From the human T2T-CHM13v2.0 reference genome, Homo sapiens, in NCBI RefSeq assembly GCF_009914755.1, contig NC_060929.1: DNA of 64,000 nt. One strand, 5' to 3'. This document shows, piece after piece, positions 32,951-45,580 of the stretch. The first letter of the stretch is position 1. Each line of letters starts with the position of its first letter. The translations under genes and the position numbers were made by a program. The notes below the pieces were generated by a model. That model ran no database searches. It saw only the letters and a list, made by a program, of their open reading frames with translations, and was not told where the DNA came from.

Positions 32951-34064
32951 TAACTCTCTGTTACAATGCTACCTCTCAAGTAATTAAACTTTTCTGAGCT
33001 CCACTTTGCAAGCACAGAAAATGGAATCATTATATCTACCCTGTAAGCTTGTTGTGAGAATTATATCAGGAAAATCACAAAGAAAAAAGTGTCTCCAGGA
33101 CTCCACAGACTGCAGATAGTCATATTAACAACATACATTTTCTGTGTTCTTCCTTTCATTGGGTAACTCAAGGCCTCCAGACCTTCTGTGAAGTCACACC
33201 TCCCCAGCTGGCCTTGATGAGAGTCCTCAGTTATGCCTCATATGAGCTCATGAGCCTGCCATCAGATAGAGCTAAATCCTCTTTCTTCCTCTTTTGCTCA
33301 ACTATTTCCTTATTAGTGACCTATATCCATAGACATCTTTGAAGATGCATTTCTTCCAAGGATATTATCTCTAGACATTCTCCTTCAGCCACCAGTCTTG
33401 TAGAAATTGCACGTTCCATGCAAAAACAGTGAGCATCTCTCTACTATAATTTGACCTTCATCATGATGCTTCAGGTCCTAAGCATTTATAAGCAGAGAGT
33501 CTTATGAAAATTAACCCTGAGGTTTTCTCTCCAGCCCATATTCTTGATGGGGATTGAAACCAATTCAAAAACTCTAGGCAAGGTAAAGATGTTCTTTCTT
33601 TCTTTTTAGTGGTCTCTTGGAATCCCCAGAGCATGCACACATATGCACAAACTTCCTGATTTAGCTTTCAGACAAAAACCAAGAAACTTCAGGCAAGTCT
33701 ACTTATGCAAATAGATACTACAGATCCTTGTGGTACTGACTAGTCACCAGCAGATGCATTGACATAAACCTAAATTCTTTTAAACTCAGATAGACCAGCT
33801 ATACACTAAGTACTTATAGTAAACATAGTAAACATTCATTTTTCTCTATTATCATTAGCCCTGGAAACAGACCAGCTCCCCAACCATAAGTCAAGTCATT
33901 CATTCAGCAGCTTTCTTTTTTAAAGTACAATCTACAAAGTGTAAAAATAGAGAAAAAGAAGCCACAGTGTCTGCAATCCAGACATTGATAATCTCCTTGA
34001 ATAAAGGAGACACACATGCTAGAAGCAGTGATGTAATTAAGTAAATAAGTGTGTGAATGTTAAC

Positions 34065-34290
34065 ATCCATTCATAGATTCAGCCACCAACTATGCATTGT
34101 TTACCATGTAGCAGCACTGTATTAAGAATCAGTAATACCATGATGGATAAATAGATGTGCTCTCAGCCCTCAGGGAGCTTATATCATAGTGGGGGAGATG
34201 ACAAAAAAAAAGTAATAAGAAAGATTGTGAAAATCTTTATGCGAACAAATAGAGTACAGACTAGAAGAGCAGGATTTTAGAGGAGGAGGC
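34065..34290 (-). mobile_element. L2 3' end
   Basis: CAGCCCTCAGGGAGCTTATATCATAGTGGGGGAGA. Confidence 0.65.
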
Positions 34291-34428
34291 TGCATTAGTT
34301 TGCTAGGGCTGCCATAACAAAATACTACGGAGTAGGTGGCTTAAACAATAGAAATTTATTTTCTCCGAGGTCTAAATCGAAGTGTTGGAATGATGGCTTC
34401 TTCTAAGGTCCGTCTCCTTGGCTTGCAG
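34291..34428 (-). mobile_element. MLT1 (B/C-like) LTR fragment
   Basis: TGCATTAGTTTGCTAGGGCTGCCATAACAAAATAC...GGTGGCTTAAACAATAGAAATTTATT. Confidence 0.8.
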
Positions 34429-34919
34429 TTCCCAAATTTCTTGGTCTTAAGACTCTTTCAACTTGGTGAGGAACTTTTGTACATCTAAGTTGTATCTATC
34501 AATGTTACTTACTACTCTAGAAAGTAAAACTGAGATTTTTAGAAAATATTTATTAGTATAGTAAAATAATAATCCAGTATGTGTTGACATAAAAGGTATG
34601 TTTTTTATCACTAAGTGTATATATCTTCTAAAACAAAGAAATAAGTTAAAAGAGTGCCATTGTCTTACATTTTTGCAGCTCTCTTTAATAGCCGACTCAG
34701 TATAAGACATATATCTGGGTCTGAATTCAGTCTGCTGTGATATCACTTATCATGCAGCCTCTAGAAAACTCCACCGTACACTTGTAAATGAATGAAAGTG
34801 AAAAGGGCTAATAATGTCTTAATAACATTACTAAAATGGCTTTGATCTCACAGACCCCTCAAAGGGTTTCAGGGATTCCCAGGGGTCCCTAGATCTTGAG
34901 CACAATTTGTGAATCACTG
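34426..34919 (-). mobile_element. Charlie1b-like hAT element
   Basis: AAGAGTGCCATTGTCTTACATTTTTGCA...CAGCCTCTAGAAAACTCCACCGTACAC...CCCAGGGGTCC...GAATCACTG. Confidence 0.78.
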
Positions 34920-35244
34920 CTGTGAATTAGAAGGGACATTTTGTTTTGTTTTGTTTTGATTTTGCTCTTGTTGAGCAAGCTGTGTGAGAAAACATTTCCT
35001 AACAGGAATGGCTATGACCTGTTTAAGGATCATATGGTTATCTTGGCTAGAATATAGTGAAGGCTTATTTTCCTTGCCCCAGCTTGTTGTTCTTAGACAT
35101 TATTCTCCATTCATAAATGGAACTGTCCTTTGTTTGGAGAGATATGCATTTGTACTATTTGTATAGCTGATGTTTTTCATCCCAATTGTTTTATCATTAT
35201 TGTATTGTAACCCTTGGGAGACAATATAGCCTAATGGTTAAAAT

Positions 35245-36130
35245 CAGGGGACTGCAAACTCTTTCTGTAAAGGGCCAGTTGGTAAATATGTAATAGTTGT
35301 CCCTCCATATCCACAGTTTCACTTTCTGGAGTTTCACTTATCAGCAGTAAACTGAGGTCTGATCTTATTACACAGAAAGTTCTAGAAATAATTCATACGT
35401 TTTAAACTGTGTGTTGTTCTGAGTATTGTGATGAAATCTCATGCTGTCCTGCTTCATCCACCTGGGATGTGAATCATCCCTTTGTCCAGCATCTGCACCC
35501 TGTAGATGCCGCCCACCTGTTAGTCACTTAGTAGGTACCTTGGTGATCAGATGGACTGTTGCCGTATTGCAGTGCTCGTGTTCAAGTCCCTCTTATTTTA
35601 CTTAATAATGGCCCCAAAGCTTAAGAATGGTGATGCTGGCATATTGTTATAATCGTTCTATTTTATTAACAGTTATTGTTGTTAACCTCTTACTGTGCCT
35701 CATTTATACATTAAACTTTATTATAGGTGTGTATGTACAGAAAAAAGCAGTATATGTAGGGTTTGCTACTATTCATGGTTGCAGGCATCCACTTTGGGGT
35801 CTTGGACCATATCCCCCTGCCGATAAGAAACTACAGTATTTTAGACTTTGCAGTCTAAGTGGTCTCTGTTGCAACTACTCAGCACTGCTATGGAAGTGTG
35901 AAAGCAACCACAGACAATATGTATATACATGAGTGTGGCTGTGTTTCAATAAAACTTTATTTACAGAGGCAGAAATTTAAATTTTATATAATTTTCATAT
36001 GTCATGAAATGTTTTTCTTGTTTCTTTTTTGAACCACTTAAAATGTAAAAACTATTCTTAACTCTATCTAGAACATACAGAAACAGATGATGAGCCAGAA
36101 TTGGCTGCTGGGGCAATAGTTTGCCTCATG
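35245..36130 (-). mobile_element. MER58B split by MER44B
   Basis: CAGGGG...AAACTCTTTCTGTAAAGGGCCAG; resumes TATTTTAG...GTTGCAACTACTCA...CAATAAAACTTTATTT; TSD GTTAAAAT / GTTAAAAG. Confidence 0.85.
35294..35836 (+). mobile_element. MER44B (Tigger7-related), near full length
   Basis: GGGATGTGAATCATCCCTTTGTCCAGC, GTTAGTCACTTAGTAG, CTTATTTTACTTAATAATGGCCCCAAAGC, CAGGCATCCACT...GGTCTTGGA. Confidence 0.88.
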
Positions 36131-36504
36131 GTTAAAAGTATGAGATTTGTTTGCAGTCAGATTGGGAGTTAAACAAACACCTATTCAAGAATATTTAGCT
36201 GAGCGATTCCAGGCAAGGCAACCCCTCTAAGCCTCTCTTTCCCTATCTGAAAATGGTAATAATGATAACAACTCCATCAGAGCGCCCTGAGTTTAATATA
36301 CATGAAGTATTAATGGTAGTGCTTGGACCAAATAAATGCCCAATTACTGGCCATTACAACCATTGCTGGTTATTGTTTTGACCAACTGATGTAACGTTCT
36401 AGGTTAATGACTTTGAGCTGAACCCTAACATAAGCTTACTTTTTGATCTTATAGTGAGAAAAGCACAATTTTATTACAGGAAAAAGACCTAAACTAATGG
36501 TGCA

Positions 36505-36605
36505 TAAATTTGAGCAAGGCGTTTTTCTCTCTGGGTCTCATCTTCTTCACCTTTGAAATAAAGTTGGTGGGAGGCCAGGTCCACTCTAAAATTCCAATGA
36601 CTCTG
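36505..36605 (+). mobile_element. MIR3/MIRc fragment
   Basis: TTGAGCAAG...CTCTCTGGGTCTCA...CTCTAAAATTC. Confidence 0.5.
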
Positions 36606-37274
36606 AATCCAGAAATGCTAATTGGCTTGCTTGTGTCCTTATTTCCCTATCAAAAAATGAGAGTGAAACAATATGGCTATTCCTCTGGGAAATATAGGAA
36701 TTTTTAGAATATCCTCTAGAGAAAGAAAGTTCAACATTTCAGGTCATTTTAATTAACCAACAAATATAAGGTCCCATGAGACCATGGAAAAGTATTGACT
36801 CCTCTTCCATTTTCAGTTGATTATCCATGCTGGTTGCAAATTTCCAATTTTCTAAATTAACTTTCATGTTTGAGTGAATAGAACATAGCATGCATTTCAT
36901 TTCATTTCATTTTATTTTATCTCAGCGTACAATAATTTAGTCTGAGTTGAAATAGAGTTCTGGAACAAAGAACTTACAGTTGTGTTATTTAAGCATATTT
37001 GATAGGAATAAAGACCCAATCAGGCCAAATTAATTAAACGAGGATTTATTGTATGGTACACATGGAAGTCTCCTGTGACTTGAAAGCTTAGGCTTCCTGA
37101 AATCCAGTTTGCCACATCTTGACTTTGTGTTAGTGTCCACTGAGATTTCCTTTCACTCATCCAGTATGCCCAGTACATATGCAGTATTTACAGTAAGTCT
37201 TAGAAAGAGCCATTTCTACTGATTTTGACATTATTAGGCAGAGTCCTTTAAACCAACCATACCGTGGAGCACCA

Positions 37275-37860
37275 GCTCAATATTTATTGAGTATATACTA
37301 TAGGCAAGGTCATCCATTATGCCCTGGGGATGTAACATTAAGCAAAGCAGAAGACCCTACTCTATGAAGAAAGTAGAAGGAAAAAATGAAAATAAATAAG
37401 ATATTTTGGAGAGGATAAGTGATAGGAAGAAAATGGCTGGAGAACTGCTTTAGATAGATTGGCCAGTGCAGGACTCTCTGAGGAGGGAATATTCAAACCC
37501 AGACCTGCAAGATGTGAAGGGGCTAAACATGTGAAGATGGTGGTGATGGTGGTGGTGTTGATGATCATGATGATAGAAATGGACACATATAGTGCAGATA
37601 ATGCTCTAAATGCATTACATACACCAACTAATTTAATCCTCAGAATCTTTCTTGGAGGTAGATAGTATTATTAACAAGCTTTGCGGACAAAAGTCAGAAA
37701 TACATAGAGATTAAATCATTTGCTCAAGATCAGAGCTTATAAATGTTAGGCCCAGAATTGCAACCTAAATCTTAGCTTTTATTTAAAACATTACAGTGAG
37801 ACAAAAGAACATTCCAAGCAGAAAAAAACAAGTGCAAAATCGGTTTTTTGAGTCAGTCTT
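37275..37860 (-). mobile_element. L2 split by a MIR
   Basis: ATATTTATTGAGT...CTCTCTGAGGAGG...AGACCTG; resumes GAACATTCCAAGCAGA...CAAGTGCAAA. Confidence 0.7.
37575..37790 (-). mobile_element. MIR
   Basis: ATTTAATCCTCA...GAGGTAGATAGTATTATT...AGAGATTAAATCATTTGCTCAAGATCA. Confidence 0.7.
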
Positions 37861-38880
37861 GCCCTGACACGGGCAGTGGCTTCCTTGAGCTGGATATTGT
37901 TGGTGAAATGGTTTTAGTGAGAGGGGGATGTTGGTTGGGCTGTCATCATGACCAACATGTTGGGTGTAATTCAGCCTGTGTAAACCCCCTCACTACAGTA
38001 TATTTAAAAAAAAAAAAAGATAATGAGGCTAATTTACAACCACATTGAAAAATGATATACTGGTGCAAATTACTCTTTGAAGTTATTTTCAGGAAAACTG
38101 GTTTGACCATTTTTGCTTAAACGAATTGGACCATTTGGATTCAAACTTTGATATTGATGATGTAAAGTAAATTATGCTTTCTATTAGCTTATTTATTTGT
38201 TTTGCTAGCTTCTAAAACAAATTTGTTCTTTTATCATACATAATGTGTCACTGTTTTTCTGGCTTTAATTTATATCCTAAGTAACTAAACCATAGAGATT
38301 CTCTCAGCCAAATCAACATAAAAACCAAAGAGGTCCTAGAACTTCCATTTGTGTTGAAGATGTGTGCATCACTGCACTGTCAGAACAATTACATGGCATC
38401 CTTTTGAAATGTCTTAAGTGTTGTTGGAAGGTATATTAGAAATTGCATCATTCTGTGGCCATGAATGCATAGTGATTTAATAAGAATACCAAACATAGTA
38501 GTATATTACAAAGGAGAGGGAAATGAATTCATTCAAGTAACTATTTTGAAAACAGCAGTTAGTGATGAAATTAATATATTTTAATTTCCTAGATATTTTC
38601 CAAAGTGCTTATAACCCATCTATTTTACTGTGGGAATTCTTCCTCTGAAAAATCTGTTGCGGTTTTTAGACACAGCCAAAGCCTGAGTTTTCATTTATTT
38701 GTAGAAAAATTTTACCTCTTCAACTGAGATTGGGTCATTACATGACATGACAATGGAGAATGATTTAAATAATTGTTCCTTATACTGTATCTCATCCCTC
38801 TAATATATACATCATACATTCGACCCTGTATTAATTGAGTACAACAATGTACAAGACAGTCTATCAAAAATATCTGAGTC

Positions 38881-39488
<608 letters not shown>

Positions 39489-39529
39489 AAAATGTCTCTG
39501 TATGTTGTGATGACATTTTCCTGTCCGTT

Positions 39530-39700
39530 CAACAGGATGTTGTGAGGTCAAATCAGTTCAGAAACATTGGGTTGAACAGTTAAACATATTTGTTAACTGA
39601 AAGGCTTTTTCAGAGCCTTTAATATGCAAAGTAAAGCTCCAAGGAAATAATATAGTATAAATATTGACCAGGCATATTTAATTGATGAACCCCACATCTA
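39530..39700. mobile_element. MER103-like hAT-Charlie fragment
   Basis: GGTCAAAT...GAAACATTGGGTT...GTTAAACA...TCAGAGCCTTTAATATGC. Confidence 0.65.
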
Positions 39701-39818
39701 CCACCATCCCGCACCCCACCCTCCACATAGTATATGGTATAAGTGTATTGATCCTTGAATACACATTGACAAGCCTACTCCACTTAATATTTTAATGTAG
39801 TAAGTTGAAAGAAGGGGT

Positions 39819-40099
39819 GGCCAGGTGCGATGGCTCACGCCTGTAATCCCAGCACTTTGGGTGGCCAAGGCGGGTAGATCACAAGGTCAGGAGTTCGAAA
39901 ACATCCTGGCCAACATGGTGAAACACAGCCTCTACTAAAGATACAAAAAATTAGCCGGGTCTGGTGGCACATGTCTGTAATCCCAGCTACTCAGGAGGCT
40001 GAGGCAGGAGAATCACTTGAACTCAGGAGGCGGAGGTTGCAGCAAGCAGAGATCACGCCATTGCACTCCAGCCTGGGTGACAGGATGAGACTCCGTCTC
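39819..40099 (+). mobile_element. AluS (Sg-like)
   Basis: GATCACAAGGTCAGGAGTTCG; tail replaced by a purine repeat. Confidence 0.9.
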
Positions 40100-40265
40100 A
40101 AAAATGAAAGAAGGAAAGAAAGCAAGAAAGGAAGGGAGGAAGGAAGGAAGAAAGGAGGGAGGGAGGGAAGGAAGGAAGGAAGGAGAGAGAGAGAAAGAAA
40201 GAAAAGGAAAGAAAGAAAAGAAAGAAAGAAAGAAAAGAAAGAAAGAAAAAGAAAGAAAGAAAGGA
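40100..40265. repeat. (GGAA)/(GGGA)/(GA)/(GAAA) compound microsatellite
   Basis: 40124-40265 contains only A and G. Confidence 0.95.
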
Positions 40266-40539
40266 TAAAATGAAAAGGATCTGAAGGACAGAATAGAAAA
40301 AAGTTAAAATGTAAAATTTTAACCATGCATTGGGAAAATACAAAAATTGAAAAGGATAAAGGAAAGAGTATGGAACTAAGAGGAAATGCTAGTTTTCTGA
40401 ATAAACATAGGAATAATCAGAAAGCAATAAAGTTAAAGAAATAGAAATTTCTCAGAGAAAGCACTATAATGACAGAAGATCAAACTTGTAGAGACCATCT
40501 CAGTTGGGATTAGAAGAAGCCAAAAAGTAGAGAAACAAA

Positions 40540-41400
40540 AGAGAAAATTGATAGCATTGAGGAATGGATGCACAGTGAAAATTGTTGTGAACGTGGCAAG
40601 GGTTGGGATGACACTGAGGGGGGAAAAATGCACCAAATCTGTCAATTAAAGAATCTTCAGTGAATCTTGAGCCATGAGAGCTGAAACTACATTACGTGGG
40701 GTTAAGAAAAGTAAAGGTAGAGAATGTAGAATATCCTTTCTGTTTTTTTTCTTAAGTTGGCTGATAGCTCAGGAAGCAGTTGCAGTGTCAAGGGCAGCTT
40801 CAGTTAAGAAAGAAAAATCTGAATGGATGCAAAGGCAAAACACAGGGCATGGTCAAGTGGTGAGAGTGAAGATGATGGATAATTAAGGAACAACATTTCA
40901 GATGTGAGTTTAGGGCTTGAGTATAAAAATGTGGTGGGTCTTAGTAGATGTGAAGCTGGCGGGATTTCTGAAATCAGTGAAAAAGTAGATATCAGGAAAA
41001 AAATAGACAAGTTCTAAAGAATAAAAATAGAGGGAGTTTCTTTCTTGTGAGCACCTAAATTATCCAGTGAAATAGAAATAAAATAATTTATTCAAAGAGG
41101 GGTTGGTAATTCGAGAGTGTTGAAAAGATTTTCAAAACTCTACTGAAAATATTATTTGGAATAAAAAATTAGTTGGGTAAAATCTTATAAAATTGCTTAT
41201 AATTTGACCTTTTTCCTCCCATATCCATATTTTTAAAACATTTTGTTATGTAAAATTTCACATGGTTTAAACTAATGTTATAAATTAGTCACTGGTGGGA
41301 TTCAACTGAGACTGACTAACATGAATTTGAAGTCTAAAGATATTCTCTGCAATTCTTTGAGGATTAAACAGTGAAAAGAAGCAGAAAGAAGAAACCAGGA
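40540..41400 (-). mobile_element. Probable L2 internal fragments
   Basis: Purine-rich; GTGGGGTTAAGA...GTAGAGAATGTAGA and CCAGTGAAATAG resemble antisense L2. Confidence 0.35.
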
Positions 41401-41446
41401 AGTGATCCTGAGAAGGAGTCAAATCAAAATATTAAGGGATAAATAA

Positions 41447-41777
<331 letters not shown>

Positions 41778-42120
41778 GAATGTCTTTGAACAATTGATCA
41801 ATTAGTAATGGGGTATTTGAAACCAGAGAGGGTTGGTTTGGGAGAGCAGGTCATGTGTAAAGAAAGAGGCTCAAAGAAAATAGACAAATTTATAAATGAC
41901 TTTTAAAATAAAATAACTTTTAAAATAATGATATACCATTTGTACTTTCCTGGGCAACCGATGCTACTGTCCATGGTCCTGAAACATCAGTGTGCATTCA
42001 AACTTGGCTGTTCTTTCCTATCACTTGGAGGCGGGTATTCAAACCTGGACTGGGAAAAAGCAGAAGGGAATGACAGAAAAAGAGAGACAGCAGGTTGAGG
42101 GAAATAAGGAAGATGAATGA

Positions 42121-42418
42121 GCCGGGCGCAGTGGCTCAAGCCTGTAATCCCAGCACTTTGGGAGGCCAAGGTGGGAGGATCAGGAGGTCAGGAGATCAAG
42201 ACCATCCTGGATAACACGGTGAAACCCCGTCTCTACTAAAAATTCAAGAAATTAGCTGGGTGTGGTGGCGTGCACCTGTAGTCCCAGCTCCTCAGGAAGC
42301 TGAGGCAGGAGAATGGTGTGAACCTGGGAGGCAGAGCTTGCAGTGAGCTGAGATCACACCACTGCACTACAGCCTGGGCAGCAAAGCGAGACTCTGTCAA
42401 AAAAAAAAAAAAAAAAAA
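42121..42418 (+). mobile_element. AluY
   Basis: AACACGG, GAATGGTGTGAACC, GAGCTTGCAG; TSD AAGATGAATG. Confidence 0.93.
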
Positions 42419-42961
42419 GATGAATGAAATAGTCAAACATTATTATTGTACATAGAGGTTTTAAGTAGGTAGAAGAGAGCCATTTTACCTGATTTTCAAG
42501 CAATTGTTGTTACTAGGAAACAATGATGAGTTAGGGACCTGTGAGTAGCTTATCTTCCCCAAGTCAACAACCTAGATGATCCTTCCCCCATGTCTCCTAC
42601 ACCGTAGTTTAGGTTCTGGTTCCAAATGGAGACCTTGGTGTTGGTTCCTGAACAGGAAAGGAATTGGAGCTGTTGTATACTAAAACTTTTTTAGAGGCTG
42701 TGAGGCTAAGTTATTAAACAGACAATGGATTTTTAATTCTTAGGGGAAAAACTGGCAATACACTTAAGAAAAGTGCATGCTGCTCTTATTCGTCTCATGA
42801 AACAAGAGAAATGAGAGAAGGAGAGTCCAGCAATGATTGTTCCAAACAAAATTATATTTGAGAAAGTTTAATTTCACTTAAAATGAGAATATGAAAGGAG
42901 TCCATTTTTTAAAGGTGGATGATGTAGTGAAATATGCTTAAGTTTTAATAAAAAATGGCTC

Positions 42962-43500
42962 AGTATCAGTTTTCTATTTGCTGCCATAATAAATTACCAT
43001 AAACATAGTAGATAAAAACAGCACCTTTATCGCCTTACAGTTTTGTAGAAGTCAGAATTGTCAGAGGTCTCAACATAGATCTTACTGGGATAAAACCAAG
43101 GTGTCTTCAAGGCTGTGTTCCATTCTGGAGGCTCTAAGGGTGAATTCATTGCCTTTCTTTTTCTACGTTCTAGAGGCTGCTGACATTCTGCAGCTCATGA
43201 CCCCCTTTCTTCATCTTCAAAGCCAGGAGTGCTGCATTGTTATGACCACTTATGCATAATAACATCTTCTTCTGACTCTCTCTTCTTCTGCCCTCCCCCA
43301 ACTTTAAGCAGCTTTGGGATTACTTTGGGGCCACCTGCACGACCTAGGATACTCTCCCTATTTTAAGGTCAGCTGATTAGCAGCCTTAATTCCTCTTTGC
43401 CATGTAATCCAACATATTCACAGTTTCCAAGGATTAAGACACAGACATCTTTGGGGATTAGTACATGAGCACATTTGGAATCAGACATTATTCTTACTAT
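42962..43500 (-). mobile_element. MLT1D-like LTR
   Basis: TTGCTGCCATAATAAATTACCA...TTCTGGAGGCTCTA...TTCTAGAGGCTGC...TTTTAAGGTCAGCTGATTAGCA...GACATCTTTGGGG. Confidence 0.85.
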
Positions 43501-43884
43501 GAAATAGACAGAAAACCCTGCTAACGTACTATTTCATCTCCCGTGATTCCATGATTTCACTGGGCAGATACACTTTCCCTTTGTGAGAGTAAAATGAGAA
43601 CATGCATATAAAGTTCTTAGAACAATGTTTGGCACATGGTAAACTATGCTGAGTGGTTTTTATGTTTGTTTGTTTTTTCATTTTCTATCTCTTTCCAGGA
43701 AATAGTGATTCCAAGGAGAAAGTCAAACTCAGGTCTGATTGACCCAAAGCCTATGCATGTAAACATTACAAGTCTCTAACAAGATTAGACTGTAAATAGA
43801 AGAAATAGTATACTGATGTGCTATTGCTTTAACTCTTTCCTAGTAAAAGACAGAAAAAGTAGCAGGGTTTATGGAGGCACTGAT

Positions 43885-44010
43885 TACATTCAATATTTAT
43901 TGGATAGTTATTGAACACCTACACTGTATCCGGCTTTGTGGTAGGCATTGGGAAAAAATAATAAATAAAAAAATTAATTTCAGGCTTCGGTGGAACCTAC
44001 ATTCTATTGT
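43885..44010 (-). mobile_element. L2 3' end fragment
   Basis: TTATTGAACACCTACACTGT...TAGGCATTGGG...TACATTCTA. Confidence 0.55.
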
Positions 44011-44106
44011 GTGTGCACGTGTGTGTTGGGGGGAGTTGAGGAAGAGGACTGGGATTTACAATAAAACCAGTAATATAGTTTATGTTTTGGGAGTTCAGAG
44101 AGAAAG

Positions 44107-44594
44107 TGGCTGGTAGAATAATGCCCACCCAACCATTTCAAAGATGTCCACATCTATTCCCCAGAACTTGTGAGTATGTTAGTTTACCTAACAAAGGGAG
44201 CTCTGCAGATGTGCTTAAGATAAGCACTTTGAGATAAGAATATTATCCTGGGTTATGGGTCCTTAAAAATGAAAGAAAGAGGCAGAAGAGGAAGTTAGTG
44301 ATGCAATGTAAGGACTCAACCTACTGTTGCTATTTTTGAAGATAGAGGAGGGGGAAAATGGACCAAGGAATGTGGGCAGCCTCTAGGAGCTAGAAAAAGA
44401 AGGGAAATTGATTTTCCCCTAGACTCTCCAGAATGGAAATACCATTATATCAGCTACTCTGCTGATACCATGATGTTACCCCATTGAGATCTATGTCAGA
44501 CTTTTGACCTCCACAACTGTAAGATAATAAATCAGTGTGGTTTTAAGACACTAGGTTTGTGGTCATTTGTTACAACAGCTATAAACAACTAAAA
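44107..44594 (+). mobile_element. MLT1D-like LTR
   Basis: AGAATAATG...AAAGATGTCCAC...GGACTCAACC...CCAAGGAATGTGGGCAGCCTCTAG...AACTGTAAGATAATAAA...TTTGTTACA. Confidence 0.88.
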
Positions 44595-44689
44595 AAGACA
44601 GGGAGAAGAGTAGAAAAGATCATTGCTGACAATCATATCTCCTAAGACATTTTATATACCTAAATACATTTTCCCCTGAAACAATCAGG

Positions 44690-45580
44690 AATATTTTTTA
44701 TCATAGGTAGCAGACTAAACTGATCTATATAGAACAGGGAGAGCTTATTATAAGGATACAGGGATATCTCACAAAACTTAAGGAGAGCAGTGTTGCTAGT
44801 TCAGTAAAACAGATCCAGAACCAAGAGCAGGAAGATTGTCTAGACGGTTGCCCTTCACATTTGCTTTCTGCTCCTCTGAAAATATTTCTCCAGACTGCCT
44901 TTCCTAGGGTTTTCCCTCTGTACAACTGAATACAATTGACACTTTCACAGGAACTGTCAGATCTCAAGGTTGCTTGCTACAAGTAAAGCCACCCAAAGGT
45001 AGAATCTCAACTGAAACTTCTCTCTTTCTTTGTCTCTCTCAATCCTCTCTGGCATCCTTATTTTTGGGAGAGAAATTTTCACAGTTCTAGCTTGGGTCAG
45101 ATGCCTTGCCCTGGACCTATCCATCATACGTGGTGAAGGGTGGGTCATGCTTGACATAAAATGGCTGCTCAGAGATCATGTCCTTTGCAGGGACATGGGT
45201 GAAGCTGGAAGCCATCATTCTCAGCAAGCTAACACAAGAACAGAAAACCAAACACCGCATGTTCTCACTAGTAAGTGGGAGTTGAACATTGAGAACACAT
45301 GGACACAGAGAGGGGAACAACACACACCAGGGCCTGTTGGGGTTGGGGGTGATGGGAGGGAACTTAGAGGATAGGTAAATAGATGAGGCAAACCACCACA
45401 GCACACATATACCTATGTAACAAGCCTGCACGTTCTATAACATGTATTTTGTTTTTTGTTTGTTTGTTTTTGTTTGTCTTTTGTTTGCTTGGTTTTTTTT
45501 CTAGAAGAAATTTAAAAAATGGCTGCTCAGAAAAAGGAAGATTGTTAGAAACTGGACACACAACCCAATATGTTTATTCT
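44690..45580 (-). mobile_element. Old MaLR LTR (MLT1K/L-like) split by L1
   Basis: TTATTATAAGGATAC...TCTCACA; CTAGCTTGGGTCAGATGCC...CCCTGGACC; AAATGGCTGC. Confidence 0.55.
45174..45515 (+). mobile_element. 5'-truncated L1PA (PA10-12-like): ORF2 C-terminus and 3' UTR
   Basis: Encodes IMSFAGTWVKLEAIILSKLTQEQKTKHRMFSLVSGS*; 16-bp TSD AAAATGGCTGCTCAGA at 45158 and 45516. Confidence 0.93.

Larger units (their letters stand above)
35216..36360 (+). mobile_element. MIR split by MER58B
   Basis: ATAGCCTAATGGTTAAAA before the insertion; resumes GTTAAAAGTATG...GGCAAG...CTCTAAGCCTC...ATCTGAAAATGG. Confidence 0.65.
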
